A stretch of 64,000 nt of DNA from a bacterium (GTDB lineage: Bacteria > UBA8248 > JACPRG01 > G963555815), in assembly GCA_965261595.1 (NCBI GenBank), contig CBDHDG010000006.1:576001-640000 (forward strand), read 5' to 3'. Position numbers and translations under genes: made by a program. Shown one piece after another: positions 63,463 through 64,000 of this stretch. Under the pieces are notes generated by a model. The model was not told the DNA's origin. It saw nothing but the letters and a program-made list of their open reading frames with translations, and ran no database searches. How positions within the stretch are numbered: position 1 is the stretch's first letter; the number at the start of each line of letters is the position of its first letter.

Positions 63463-64000
63463 GTGCTTTTTGGATTCAGCTTCTGGGTGGACCGCGACGC
63501 CCGGGAGGTCGCCGACCTCGTCGTCGCCGCCGAAGGGGCGGGGTTCGACTTCGCTTGGTTTCCGGACCACTACTTCCTCCGCGAGGTCTACGCCGTCCAG
63601 GCCCTGGCCGCGGCCAAAACGAGCCGGATCAAGCTGGCCACGGGCGTCACCAGCCCCTACCTGCGCCATCCGGCCCTCCTGGCTTCCGCCACCGCCACCC
63701 TGGATGAATTCTCCGGCGGGCGGGCGGTTCTGGGGATCGGGGCCGGCGGGTTCGAGTTCGCCACCCAGCTCGGCATCCACTGGAAACGCCCCCTCACGGG
63801 CTGCCGGGAGAGCGTCGAGATCATCCGCCGTCTGTTCCGCGGGGAGCAGGTCGACTTTCAAGGGAAAGAGTTCAGCGTCCGGGGCGCGAGCCTCCCCTTC
63901 GGGGGGCCCTTCGACATCCCCATCTACTACGCCGCCCGCGGGACGAAGATGCTCGAGTTGTCGGGCAAAAACGGCGACGGCGTTATCACCCACAGCGTCA
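63463..64000 (+). CDS. LLM-class flavin/F420-dependent oxidoreductase (partial; absent from the ORF track)
   Basis: Manual translation gives AEGAGFDFAWFPDHY...TSRIKLATGVTSPYLRHPALLASATATLDEFSGGRAVLGIGAG. Confidence 0.88.
   Translation, partial: MLFGFSFWVDRDAREVADLVVAAEGAGFDFAWFPDHYFLREVYAVQALAAAKTSRIKLATGVTSPYLRHPALLASATATLDEFSGGRAVLGIGAGGFEFATQLGIHWKRPLTGCRESVEIIRRLFRGEQVDFQGKEFSVRGASLPFGGPFDIPIYYAARGTKMLELSGKNGDGVITHSV

Overview
GC-rich bacterial chromosomal window with diderm-type envelope genes. I found no rRNA, tRNA or CRISPR array. Left part (1-23.5 kb) is mostly housekeeping: smg-like gene, dprA, RNase G/E family, the mreBCD-mrdA-rodA operon, a PpiD-like chaperone, thiD, ilvE and a GlmU-like gene with glmS. 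It also holds a threonine-synthase-like / ubiquitin-like sulfur carrier (GG-LEVE) / JAB protease / 2x NIL operon. The middle and right parts are catabolic and accessory: an M24 peptidase between two MITE-like repeats, a MetE-II family enzyme, two xanthine-dehydrogenase-family Mo subunits, CoxD/CoxE, a Liv-type ABC transporter, mutY, an acyl-CoA ligase, an opine dehydrogenase and an LLM oxidoreductase. Two lower-GC islands (about 31.0-33.6 kb and 49.8-57.7 kb) carry IS3 and IS1380 elements, REP-like repeats, toxin-antitoxin genes and pseudogenes. Main findings: (1) a probable selenoprotein (AhpD/CMD family, C-x-x-U with a bacterial SECIS-like hairpin) that the ORF track splits in two at 49205; (2) the sulfur-carrier operon, probably a protein-thiocarboxylate pathway rather than threonine synthesis; (3) an IS1380-derived outward promoter in front of a lipoprotein protease, inside a 23-bp inverted repeat; (4) an in-frame alpha-2-macroglobulin::PBP1C deletion fusion; (5) one IS3 nested inside another. 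All family calls come from motif recognition by eye; no database searches were run.
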